Below, one piece after another: positions 52,044-60,730 of a DNA stretch of 64,000 nucleotides (positions are counted from its first letter, which is position 1; the number at the start of each line of letters is the position of its first letter). Location of the stretch: NCBI GenBank assembly GCA_965263355.1, contig CBDHHL010000032.1:2176001-2240000 (forward strand), in the 5' to 3' direction. Made by a program: the position numbers and the translations under genes. Below the pieces are notes generated by a model. That model saw nothing but the letters and a program-made list of their open reading frames with translations. It was not told the DNA's origin and did not search any database. Source of the stretch: Leptolyngbyaceae cyanobacterium. GTDB lineage: Bacteria; Cyanobacteriota; Cyanobacteriia; Phormidesmidales; Phormidesmidaceae.

Positions 52044-53315
52044 ATGACCATGCCGGACAGTTTCGACGAGTTGAAGCCATATCGTTCGCTACTACTCGCA
52101 TCTGTTCGAGCAAGGGTGCGTGTTAGGCCACTCGTGAACAGAATCCTCGATGACGTACAGACTATCGTCGAGGACGGTACCGCCCTGAACTTTGGCTCGC
52201 GTCTCAATGATTCCGCACAGGGTAGGATCCACGCCGGCTTCCTTCACTATGTGGAGCAGCGGGCACCGGGATGGAGCGCCGAGGGCGTCACTGATACGCT
52301 CAATCAGCTGGTGGTAGTGTGCCGACTACGGAGGTTGGTGGCGTTCTACGTCTCTGACACCCGTATGCGCAAGGCACTCAAGAGCCGATTCGGCGATTCG
52401 ACATTCCCTGGATTCAAGGTGCTAGAGCCAGTACCCCGCGGGCGGCTCAACGCGGCGTTCTTGCAGGGGCCTACTCGAACGCTGTGGCTTTCCGGTCCAC
52501 ACCGTTGCGGCGTGGACGGCGAGGCGGCCACTGCAGAGGTCGCGGACCTTCACGCCGAGGCGCTGCAACACCTACGTAGTCCTAGATGGGTCAAGATTCG
52601 CTACGAATCGGGCCACACCCTGAGCGACGGTGTCATCTTCGAGCAGCGGCACCGCGACATGCCGTTTCAGGGATTCAGCTTTGTCGACGTCTCTGCCTTC
52701 GACGTGAAGAAGGAGAAGCCCAACCCGATCACAGAAGTCGGGACAGGGCAAGACTCGCTGTTCGATTGGACACATCGGTTCTGGCCTAATCTCGACGGCA
52801 CACAGAAATTGCCTGGCGGCTTCTTGATCTCCGACGACGGTACGATGGAAATCGCAGACTTCGTCCACCTCGATCAAACAGATGACGTGCCGGTAGTCTC
52901 GCTAATCCACGTCAAGGCAGCCGGTAGCGATAGCTCGAACCGAGGCATCTCCGTATCTAGTTACGAAGTCGTGACCGGTCAAGCCGTCAAGAATCTGCGC
53001 TTTATGGACCAGCTAATCCTCGCCGACGGGCTGGCCGATGGCCTGGGCAGGGCCATCAGTGGTGTCGCATTCCACGACCGCAACCCGAGCACGAGGCAAG
53101 AGATGATCGACGCTCTTAGAAGCATCGGCTCAAACTACCGCCGGCGAGTCGTGATCGTGCAGCCTCACGTGACCCGTACACGCCACGATGCAGCGCGAGC
53201 CAACCCGGACTCTAGCGACGCGGCACGACTGCGCCAGTTGGACACACTTCTACTCGGCGCAGAAGCCAACGCAAATGCTCTTGGGGCTGAGTTCATGGTG
53301 GTCACATCCGAGTAA
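52044..53315 (+). CDS. cassette-borne protein with probable C-terminal PD-(D/E)XK-like nuclease domain
   Basis: DDG..EIADF..LIHVKAA..YEVV.GQAVKN; GC-richer than neighbours; bounded by TTAGAC and GTCTAAC. Confidence 0.55.
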   Translation: MTMPDSFDELKPYRSLLLASVRARVRVRPLVNRILDDVQTIVEDGTALNFGSRLNDSAQGRIHAGFLHYVEQRAPGWSAEGVTDTLNQLVVVCRLRRLVAFYVSDTRMRKALKSRFGDSTFPGFKVLEPVPRGRLNAAFLQGPTRTLWLSGPHRCGVDGEAATAEVADLHAEALQHLRSPRWVKIRYESGHTLSDGVIFEQRHRDMPFQGFSFVDVSAFDVKKEKPNPITEVGTGQDSLFDWTHRFWPNLDGTQKLPGGFLISDDGTMEIADFVHLDQTDDVPVVSLIHVKAAGSDSSNRGISVSSYEVVTGQAVKNLRFMDQLILADGLADGLGRAISGVAFHDRNPSTRQEMIDALRSIGSNYRRRVVIVQPHVTRTRHDAARANPDSSDAARLRQLDTLLLGAEANANALGAEFMVVTSE

Positions 53316-53373
53316 CGCTCCCACAGAAATCCTGAGCTGGTTTGGAGTGGGGGGTGCTCGTCTGCGGGACTCT

Positions 53374-53514
53374 GTCTAACAAGCATTTGAAGCTGACGGC
53401 GGCATTCCTAACGAGTGCAAGCAGAGGATCGGGCGGCAATCGGATTTGAGCAGATTGGCCCTTGCTTGCACCTATATTGGTTGCCGCCGCGGCTTAACTG
53501 CAGCTCCGTTAAAT
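53374..53514 (+). other. attC site 3 (141 bp)
   Basis: R'' GTCTAAC, GCGGCA/TGCCGC and TGCAAGCA/TGCTTGCA arms, R' GTTAAAT. Confidence 0.82.
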
Positions 53515-53544
53515 TACAATACAGAGGATGCCGTACGTGCAAAT

Positions 53545-54912
53545 ATGAAAGACCAATCTGAGCCTCGACAGATTTTCATAAGTTACGCGTCCGCTGACCG
53601 GCATGTGGCGGAGAGAATCAGTACGAAGCTCCGAGAAAGTGGTTTTCGTGTATGGTTTGACCAATGGGAAATTGATTTTGGCGACTCAATAACCGAAAAG
53701 ATTAACGAAGGCATTGAATCCAGTGACCTTATACTGGTTTTGCTTTCTCCTGAGGCAATTGAATCCAAGTGGGTAAAGGATGAATGGACGCAGGATCTAT
53801 CTAGTGAGTTAGACTACCGAGCAATCAACGTTGTCCCGGCTATCATACGAGACTGCGAAGTGCCGGCTCTACTCGCTAATCGCACTTCCCTTGACCTTCG
53901 TGTAGACTTTGAAGCGGGTGTCGAGCTTCTCAAACAGCAACTTGGCGTTGCGGTCACCATTGACTTCAACAAATTATCCTCGCGTGATTTCGAGAACCTA
54001 ATCGCAGATTTGTTAGTGGAACTTGGGTTCGATGTTGATTTGACAACCGCAACGAGTGATAGTGGCATCGACATTATCGCAACACAGAAGCGCGCCGATC
54101 CATTTGGTGGTCAGGTTCTTAACGAACGCTGGATGGTACAAACGAAACTTTACCGCGACAAACGCGTTGGAGTAGCGTTTTTGCGCGAGATCGTAGGCTT
54201 GATGCAAATGCATAAGGAATTCGATCAGGCGCTGATCGTCACAACAGGCCAAATCACTTCCATAGCGCACGAATACCTTGCCTCTCTAACCTCACGCGTC
54301 CGTGTAATCGAGGGCACGGAGTTGCAACGCTTGTTGATGCAGCATCCCGTTGTAGCTAATAAGATGGTCATAATGTCAACATCGACAGCATTGCGCCAAC
54401 GTCTTGGCAATTGCCCTGCGGGAAAAGATGGATGGCGCGAATTTGAGGATGCTTGCGTCGAGGTTCTCACATATCTCTTCGTGCCACCCCTCAACAATCC
54501 TGTTGAACAAGCTCGCTCTTATTCTGGTATCGATCGACGTGATGCAGTATTCCCAAATCGCAATTTTGAGATCACTAACAACTGGGGCCGTCTCTATCGT
54601 GAACTCGGGGCTCGAATGGTGCTCTTTGAATTCAAGAATTACAAAGAAACAGAAATCGGGAAGGAGGAAACAAACCAAACGCGAAACTACCTAACCAAGC
54701 CAATGGGGCGACTTGCTGTTCTTTGCTGCAACAAACTGCCAAATGATGCAGCCCACAGGAAACGTAATTCCATTTACAGTGAAGATGGCAAGGTTATCCT
54801 TTTCATCACCGCAGATGATCTTAAGGAGATGCTTTACATTAAAGACAGAGGTGACGACCCTTCTGATTTCATTATGGATTCTGTGGAGAAGTTCTACATT
54901 CAACACGAATAG
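53545..54912 (+). CDS. TIR + Mrr-like restriction endonuclease + second REase-like domain protein
   Basis: IFISYASAD..WFDQWEI..SKWVKDE TIR; FENLIADLL..DSGIDI..VQTK Mrr_cat; FEDAC..RRDA..FEFKNY second nuclease domain. Confidence 0.8.
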   Translation: MKDQSEPRQIFISYASADRHVAERISTKLRESGFRVWFDQWEIDFGDSITEKINEGIESSDLILVLLSPEAIESKWVKDEWTQDLSSELDYRAINVVPAIIRDCEVPALLANRTSLDLRVDFEAGVELLKQQLGVAVTIDFNKLSSRDFENLIADLLVELGFDVDLTTATSDSGIDIIATQKRADPFGGQVLNERWMVQTKLYRDKRVGVAFLREIVGLMQMHKEFDQALIVTTGQITSIAHEYLASLTSRVRVIEGTELQRLLMQHPVVANKMVIMSTSTALRQRLGNCPAGKDGWREFEDACVEVLTYLFVPPLNNPVEQARSYSGIDRRDAVFPNRNFEITNNWGRLYRELGARMVLFEFKNYKETEIGKEETNQTRNYLTKPMGRLAVLCCNKLPNDAAHRKRNSIYSEDGKVILFITADDLKEMLYIKDRGDDPSDFIMDSVEKFYIQHE

Positions 54913-54969
54913 CAATGCAATCTAACATAGTCCCTGAGGTGGACATGGAAAACGCCCCTGGCTCTGCAG

Positions 54970-55054
54970 CCTAAACCCTATGCAGGAGCGGACGGAATTT
55001 ACAATCCAGGCATCAATATCAAAATATTGGCCGCCGCTCAGCTCCACGTTCGGC
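54970..55054 (+). other. attC site 4
   Basis: CCTAAACCCTATGCAGGAGCGGACGG...CCGCCGCTCAGCTCCACGTTCGGC; preceded by a truncated R''-like ATCTAAC at 54920. Confidence 0.75.
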
Positions 55055-55198
55055 TGCAATCGAGAAAAGAGACTCTGGAGGAGCCAGATCGGCGGTGGAG
55101 CAATCGCCCGTTGGTCAGTTGAGCGTAATTCAGATATCCCAACTCGCGCTAGGTCCCATAAAGTTGTTGTCGATAGCGTCAGCATACATCTTGTCAAC
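55055..55198 (+). repeat. ~145-bp post-attC repeat, copy 1
   Basis: TGCAATCGAGAAAAGA...GCAATCGCCCGTTG...GTCGATAGCGTCAGCATACATCTTGTCAAC, also at 56450-56594. Confidence 0.85.
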
Positions 55199-55602
55199 GC
55201 CTGGCCAAGCCTCAAAAGTCCCATTAGCTATCGGCGGTCGATTGCCTCAATATTACGATCGCCAATCGCATTAACGACGAGTGCGCTCGGTGGGTGTGCG
55301 GGGACTGCCAATTGGCTAAGGTTGCATTTTGTCAACGGTTGGTCAGTGGCCAAGGTCCCAATGGATATCGGTGGATCGCCTGGGGTAAATGGTTTTGAGC
55401 GGTTGGTGAATGGGATGGGTTCGAGTTGCGATCGGGGTATCCCACCCATAGATTTCCCCCCGAACCCTCCGTTGGTGAAGACTGAGGTAGAACTATCAGC
55501 TAAACTTGAAACGTGCTGTGCAGCCACAGAAATTCTCTGAGCAGCAAGCGCTGTGTTGAATATTGCGCAAAGATGCTCGATTTCCTTTATGTTCACCACT
55601 GA

Positions 55603-56018
55603 ATGCCTCAATACGATTTTTATCACAACACAGTCAAAATAGCTTTACTGAAGGATGGTTGGATAATCACCGATGATCCATTCACAATCGAATTTGAAGG
55701 TGTACGACTCTATGCTGATTTAGGCGCTGAAAAACTTTTCTCTGCTGAAAAATCAGATCTTAAAATAGCAGTAGAAGTTAAGGTATTTGCGGGTCCATCG
55801 CTGATTACAGATTTGCAAAAACGGTGGGTCAATATGGCATTTACCGTAGCTTTTTGAGTCGTACTGAACCTGAACGCCAGTTATTTCTGGCAATCGCACA
55901 AGATATTTATCAAGATTTCTTTGAGCGTCCAGCTATCCAAGCAATCGTTGATGATTATCAGATTCAGTTGCTTATATTCGAGCCTAAGTCGGAGGAAGTT
56001 GTTGAATGGATAAACTAA
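55603..56018 (+). pseudogene. xisH: XisH-family protein, frameshifted
   Basis: KDGW.ITDDP..YADLGAEK..AVEVK; a 1-bp deletion at CAAAAACGGTGGGT breaks the QKA.GQY segment. Confidence 0.85.
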
Positions 56019-56341
56019 CGCATTACAGACAAGTCATTAATGGCGTGATTAGCAATCATGCTAAGTATCGGCCTAGTCATGGTCAAATTGAAACATTGCC
56101 ACTTTGTGATGTCCACAACGATAACTATTTACTTCTTGATCTAGGTTGGGATAAGACAGGTCGTGTTCATTCAGTCGCTATTCATATCCGGTTAAAAGCA
56201 GACAAAATTTGGATTGAATGGGATGGTACTGAGACTGGCATTACTGATGAACTCTTGGTAGCAGGTATTGCTAAAGAAGATATTGTCTTAGGTTTCTATC
56301 GACCTGAAAGGCGAGAAATTACGGGCTTTGCTGTTGCTTAA
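56006..56341 (+). CDS. xisI: XisI-family protein
   Basis: MDKL..YRQ.I, KIWIEWDGTE.GI and DIVLGF motifs. Confidence 0.9.
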   Translation: MDKLTHYRQVINGVISNHAKYRPSHGQIETLPLCDVHNDNYLLLDLGWDKTGRVHSVAIHIRLKADKIWIEWDGTETGITDELLVAGIAKEDIVLGFYRPERREITGFAVA

Positions 56342-56376
56342 TCGTTTTGGTGACCAGCACCATTTTCATACTTGTC

Positions 56377-56450
56377 GCCTAACCCTACGCAGGAGCGGAC
56401 GGAGGGTAAAATTTAGGTGGCGATGCAAAGTTTCTGACCGCCGCTCAGCT
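56377..56450 (+). other. attC site 5 (R' box deleted)
   Basis: GCCTAACCCTACGCAGGAGCGGACGG...CCGCCGCTCAGCT runs directly into the TGCAATC repeat. Confidence 0.72.
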
Positions 56451-56594
56451 GCAATCGAGAAAAGAAATGTTGTCGAGGGTCAGATCGGTGGTGGTGCAAT
56501 CGCCCGTTGCTCAGTTGCGCGTAGTACAGGTATCCCAAAACATGACAGGTCCCACAAAGTTACCGTCGATAGCGTCAGCATACATCTTGTCAAC
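56450..56594 (+). repeat. ~145-bp post-attC repeat, copy 2
   Basis: Homologous to 55055-55198. Confidence 0.85.
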
Positions 56595-56779
56595 TATGAC
56601 ATTTCTGTCCGTCGGCTCACAGGTTTGCCGCTGGCTTCCCTTAGACCCCTCCTCGCGGAGACGCCCTTGCCTTAAGCTAGTAGTTGCTGTCACTCGGCTC
56701 CTATAACTTTCGAGCATTTGGACTTGATCCTCCTACAGGGGACTTTCACCCCATTAGTTCACGCCCATGCTGGGCGTAC
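56595..56779 (-). mobile_element. group II intron (class C, attC-targeting) 5' fragment
   Basis: Minus strand starts GTACGCCCAGCATGGGCGTG..GGGGTGAAAGTCCCC (5' end and domain I); abuts ACCCTACG of an attC exactly within R''. Confidence 0.8.
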
Positions 56780-56858
56780 ACCCTACGCAGGAGCGGACGG
56801 ATTGAAAAATCAGACAATAATCAATAAACGCTGACCGCCGCTCAGCTTCCCGTTGGGA
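56780..56858 (+). other. attC site 6 (R'' interrupted by intron)
   Basis: ACCCTACGCAGGAGCGGACGG...CTGACCGCCGCTCAGCTTCCCGTTGGG. Confidence 0.75.
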
Positions 56859-56939
56859 ATCGCATCCTAAGACACTCCAAATAATTATTTGGGTATAATG
56901 CAGATGAACTATCACTATAGTTGATAGCTATTTATACCT

Positions 56940-57085
56940 ATGACTGAACTCCTCCAACAGGCAATTGCAGAAGTTTCAAAGCTGTCTGACGAACAGCAAG
57001 ATGCGATCGCAGCCCGACTCCTAGCTGAGTTAGAGGACGAGCAGGCTTGGCAGAAACGCTTTGAGGCCACCACAGATACCCAATT
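56940..57085 (+). pseudogene. small antitoxin-like cassette ORF truncated by ISAzo13-type element
   Basis: MTELLQQAIAEVSKLSDEQQDAIAARLLAELEDEQAWQKRFEATTD then IS sequence; too short for the ORF track. Confidence 0.55.
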
Positions 57086-58102
57086 ATCAGTGTCAGGATA
57101 AACTGAAACAGAGAGCATTTATGACAAGTTAATGGTGAACACCTACCCTCCGGAAATAGAGACCCAGATGCAACGCTACTATGCCTCACTGTCAGAGAAA
57201 GAGCGCAGACGGTATGCCGGGATAGAAGCGGTGAAGCTGGGCCATGGTGGCATCAGCTACATCAGTCGAGTGCTGAGCTGTGACCATAAGACGATTAAAT
57301 TTGGGATGTCAGAATTGGCCGGGGATATGGAGCTGAATGCAGGGGGTATTCGTCGGGCAGGCGGGGGTCGGAAATCGGCCTTTGAAACGATTGAAGGCCT
57401 GGACGAGGCCTTTTTAAGAGTCGTCTCTCCCCATACGGCAGGCTCCCCGATGGATGAGCGGATCAAATGGACGAATCTGAGCCGTCCTAAAATTGCAGAA
57501 TTGCTTGCCGACGACGGCATTCGTGTGAGTGTGACCGTGGTGGACCAACTGTTGAAAAAGCACAACTATCGTCGTCGTCAAATGCGCAAAACCCGAGCAA
57601 CGGGCAGCCATCCCCAGCGTAATGCGCAATTTGAGAATATCGACCAGTTGCGCCAACACTACGAAGCCGATGGCAATCCCGTGATGAGTGTCGATACAAA
57701 AAAAAAGAATTGATTGGTCCGTTCTATCGAGCAGGCTACACCTACAACACCGAAGTGATAGACGTCTATGACCATGATTGGCAATCGTTGGCGGAGGGGA
57801 TAGCCGTTCCTCATGGTCTCTACGATTTGCGCCAAAACAAGGGCTATATTCAGATTGGGACCAGTCGAGATACCACTGAATTTGCCTGTGATTCCATCTA
57901 CCACTGGTGGATGCACCATGGCCGGTACGACTATCCTAATGCCACCTCTATCTTGCTTCTGTGTGATGGTGGTAGCAGTAACGGTGCGCGCTATTATATC
58001 TTTGAGTGACTTCATGGCTAAAGCCACGACTCAGACAGGCCTCAAGGTAGTCACAACTATCATTGATGCTGTGTACGAGACCGGCAGAAAAGCGACTAAG
58101 GC
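57086..58102 (+). mobile_element. ISAzo13-family transposase remnant
   Basis: LSEKERRRYA..GHGG..RRAGGGRK..KWT..RNAQF..SVDTKKK; frame change at the A-run 57698-57706; DTTEFA..DGG; internal deletion near 58005. Confidence 0.82.
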
Positions 58103-58240
58103 GGGACTGGTTCCGCCTGATGGGATGATTCAGCCAAAATGCTTGTAATGCAAGGGATACAGACGTTTTAGAAGAAGCTCGCTCAAATCGTTACTCTATA
58201 GGCCTTTCAGGCATTTTTCCCATTACACGGAACCAGTGCC
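58103..58240. mobile_element. 138-bp MITE
   Basis: Terminal inverted repeats GGGACTGGTTCCG and CGGAACCAGTGCC, extended by ATGGGA/TCCCAT. Confidence 0.65.
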
Positions 58241-58315
58241 CGGGGTTCGGAGTTCAGAATACCCTCCCCCTTCTGACTTCCGCATGCAGTCCTAGTCGAG
58301 ATTTCCCAGCTTAAG

Positions 58316-59677
58316 TCAATTAACCATATCAGCGGCGATCCGATTGCAACTTTCTACGAGCATTGCTAGTTCTACGGTAGTTAGGCGGCCTTGATCGATC
58401 ACCTTCTTACCATTGATAAAGCTATAGTCCACTGTAGGGGGCTGACAAAAAATCAGAGCAGCCACCACATCATGGTGGCTGCCCACAAAGGCAGGGGTAT
58501 CCAGGTTAAACGCAATAAAGTCTGCTGACATACCAGGGGCGAGATAGCCAATATCGTCGCGCCCTAGTACCTGGGCTCCACCTCGGGTAGCTAGTTCCAA
58601 CGTTTCACGGGCAGTAATTGCTGCAGCAGACTGATCTCGCACCCGTGCCAACAAAAAGGCCGTACGGGCTTCCTGTAACAGATTACTGGCATCATTAGAT
58701 GCCGCACCATCAACACCGATCCCAACATTAACCCCAGCCGATAACAGTTTTCTTACTGGGGCGATACCGCTGGCCAGTCGCATGTTACTGCAGGGACAAT
58801 GGGCCACTCCAGTATGGGTATGGGCAAATTTTTGAATAGTTGCATCGTTTAGCTGAACGCAGTGGGCATGCCACACATCTTCCCCCAGCCAGCCCAATGA
58901 TTCAGCATAGTCGCCAGGTCTAAGGCCAAATTTCTCTAAACTGTAGTCCACATCGCTTTTGTTTTCCGCCAGGTGAGTGTGCAAACGCACCCCTGAATAG
59001 CTGCGGGCCAGGGCAGCCGACTCACGCATGAGATCGGGCGAAACTGAAAATGGAGAACAGGGGGCCAACACCATGCGCAACATAGAATGTCGGCTGTTGT
59101 CATGGTATGTTTCGATCAGTCGCTGAGAGTCTTTGAGAATATCCGCTTCCACTTCCACTAGATGATCTGGCGGCAGTCCTCCCTGACTTTCGCCAACGCT
59201 CATGCTGCCGCGACTGGCATGGAACCGTAGACCAATATCCTGCACCCCACGAATCTCATCATCAAGGTTGCAATCATTGGGAAAAATGTAAAGATGATCG
59301 CTGCTCGTAGTACAGCCTGACAGCATCAGCTCAGCTGCTGCCATCTGAGCACTGGCATAGATAGCCTCACTGGTGAGGTTAGCCCAGATAGGATAAAGTG
59401 TCTGCAGCCAGTTAAACAGGTCGCAATCTTGGGCAGCGGGTATGGCCCGAGTCAGCGTTTGATAAAAGTGATGGTGGGTGTTGACTAGGCCTGGTAGAAC
59501 AATGTATCGATTTTGCAGATCGAGGACCTCGTTGGCAGCGATCTTACCCATCTCTTCCGTTCGTCCCACCTGTTGAATCACATTATTATCGACCAACAAT
59601 GCCCCATCCCGAATCTCTCGCCGCTGCTCGTCCATCGTGACCAGCGTATGGATATGTTTAACCAGTAGAGTACTCAT
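58316..59677 (-). CDS. 8-oxoguanine deaminase-like amidohydrolase
   Basis: PGLVNTHHHFYQTLTRA, LAPCSPFSVS, HTHLAE, HCPCSNMRLASG and GVDG..SND motifs. Confidence 0.88.
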   Translation of the reverse strand: MSTLLVKHIHTLVTMDEQRREIRDGALLVDNNVIQQVGRTEEMGKIAANEVLDLQNRYIVLPGLVNTHHHFYQTLTRAIPAAQDCDLFNWLQTLYPIWANLTSEAIYASAQMAAAELMLSGCTTSSDHLYIFPNDCNLDDEIRGVQDIGLRFHASRGSMSVGESQGGLPPDHLVEVEADILKDSQRLIETYHDNSRHSMLRMVLAPCSPFSVSPDLMRESAALARSYSGVRLHTHLAENKSDVDYSLEKFGLRPGDYAESLGWLGEDVWHAHCVQLNDATIQKFAHTHTGVAHCPCSNMRLASGIAPVRKLLSAGVNVGIGVDGAASNDASNLLQEARTAFLLARVRDQSAAAITARETLELATRGGAQVLGRDDIGYLAPGMSADFIAFNLDTPAFVGSHHDVVAALIFCQPPTVDYSFINGKKVIDQGRLTTVELAMLVESCNRIAADMVN

Positions 59678-59683
59678 GATTGA

Positions 59684-59693
59684 CTGTATACAG
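59684..59693. promoter_or_regulatory. palindromic operator candidate (GntR/FadR-like)
   Basis: CTGTATACAG perfect palindrome between the divergent deaminase and permease genes. Confidence 0.35.
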
Positions 59694-59785
59694 AAGAACG
59701 CTTTTTGTATGATAGTTGACTTTCAATGTTAGTTAGACACACGTAGTGCAGCCATTGAAAAAAGAAATAGAGCGAGGACAAAACG

Positions 59786-60031
59786 GTGAGTGAACAAGAA
59801 GGATTTATACAATATCCAGATGAAACCGTGGGAGATGTGCCCCCTGAACCTGCGATCGCGACCCCGGTAGATTTAATTTATGGCTTAGAGGCGAAGCCAC
59901 CCCTACAGGACACGCTCTTTGCAGCAGTACAGCACATACTCGCTAGTTTTGTTGGAATTATCACACCGTCACTCATTATTGGCGATATATTACCTCTGTT
60001 ATCATCAGGCAGATCCTCAAGCTTGAACTAA
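59786..60031 (+). pseudogene. NCS2 (xanthine/uracil) permease N-terminal fragment
   Basis: [29 protein letters not shown] followed by an early stop. Confidence 0.78.
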
Positions 60032-60730
60032 ACTCTGCTCCGTTGCAAAACAAGATTCAATCAAGAGGATCTGTTCCATTCACGTGAAAATTTTATCTCT
60101 GGTTATAACTCACCACCCGAATCAGGCTGGGGCCCAATTGAATATCCATCGCCCCGCCCTCCTTCAAAACCATTATCCCGAGCAATAGTATCGAAACCAC
60201 GATTAAGGGTAATACTGTATGTGTAGTTTGACGCATGTTACCTGTGTGATGAACTACATCGACAGGCTGTTGCTGGAACCAACGGCCTGTCACTATCTAA
60301 TTTCATCCCTATTAACGCGTAAGTGAAATCTCCCTGACAACTGTTGCAATTACAGAGACCTCCGTTGAACGCTTCAATATTTCTGCAGATAGATGTCCGT
60401 AGTGCCACTTATAAACCAGCACACCTTGATGTATCAATTCCTCTAAAATAGTAAGTCTATCTCCTTAGTTTCCAGGAGTTGATAGATCGGCTACGTAATT
60501 CTACAACAACTAGAAATGACCCAATGGCAGGCAGAAAAAAGACTCGTTAACCCTCAAAAAAAACTTGGCAATGTAAAGCATTATGTAGCAATGCCCTAGA
60601 AAAAGCTCTAAATGCTAATAAACCATTGATACCTAACAATATTAGTTGGTTTTACTCAGGTTAAGTATCTGCTTGGCCTCAAAGTCGCAGGCTAATCGGC
60701 TCAAAACCTGCTCACCACTTACCCCAGACC

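Noticed and set aside
53446..53544. N-terminal extension of the TIR ORF
   Set aside because: It lies within attC 3; a start after R' (ATG 53545) is more plausible.
54980..55626. ORFs 54980-55540 (+), 55228-55626 (-) and 56328-56675 (+) as real genes
   Set aside because: They run through or next to attC sites and the non-coding repeat, have no recognisable motifs, and the shared segment is not conserved like a protein.
50411..56858. Repeated CCTACGCAGGAGCGGACGG units as a CRISPR array
   Set aside because: Spacing is irregular (hundreds to thousands of bp) with genes between units; they have attC box structure and there are no cas genes.
58240..58300. attR copy of the tRNA-Val 3' end
   Set aside because: Only a short GGTTCG match; the rest resembles the GGAGTCAGAA-type short repeat.
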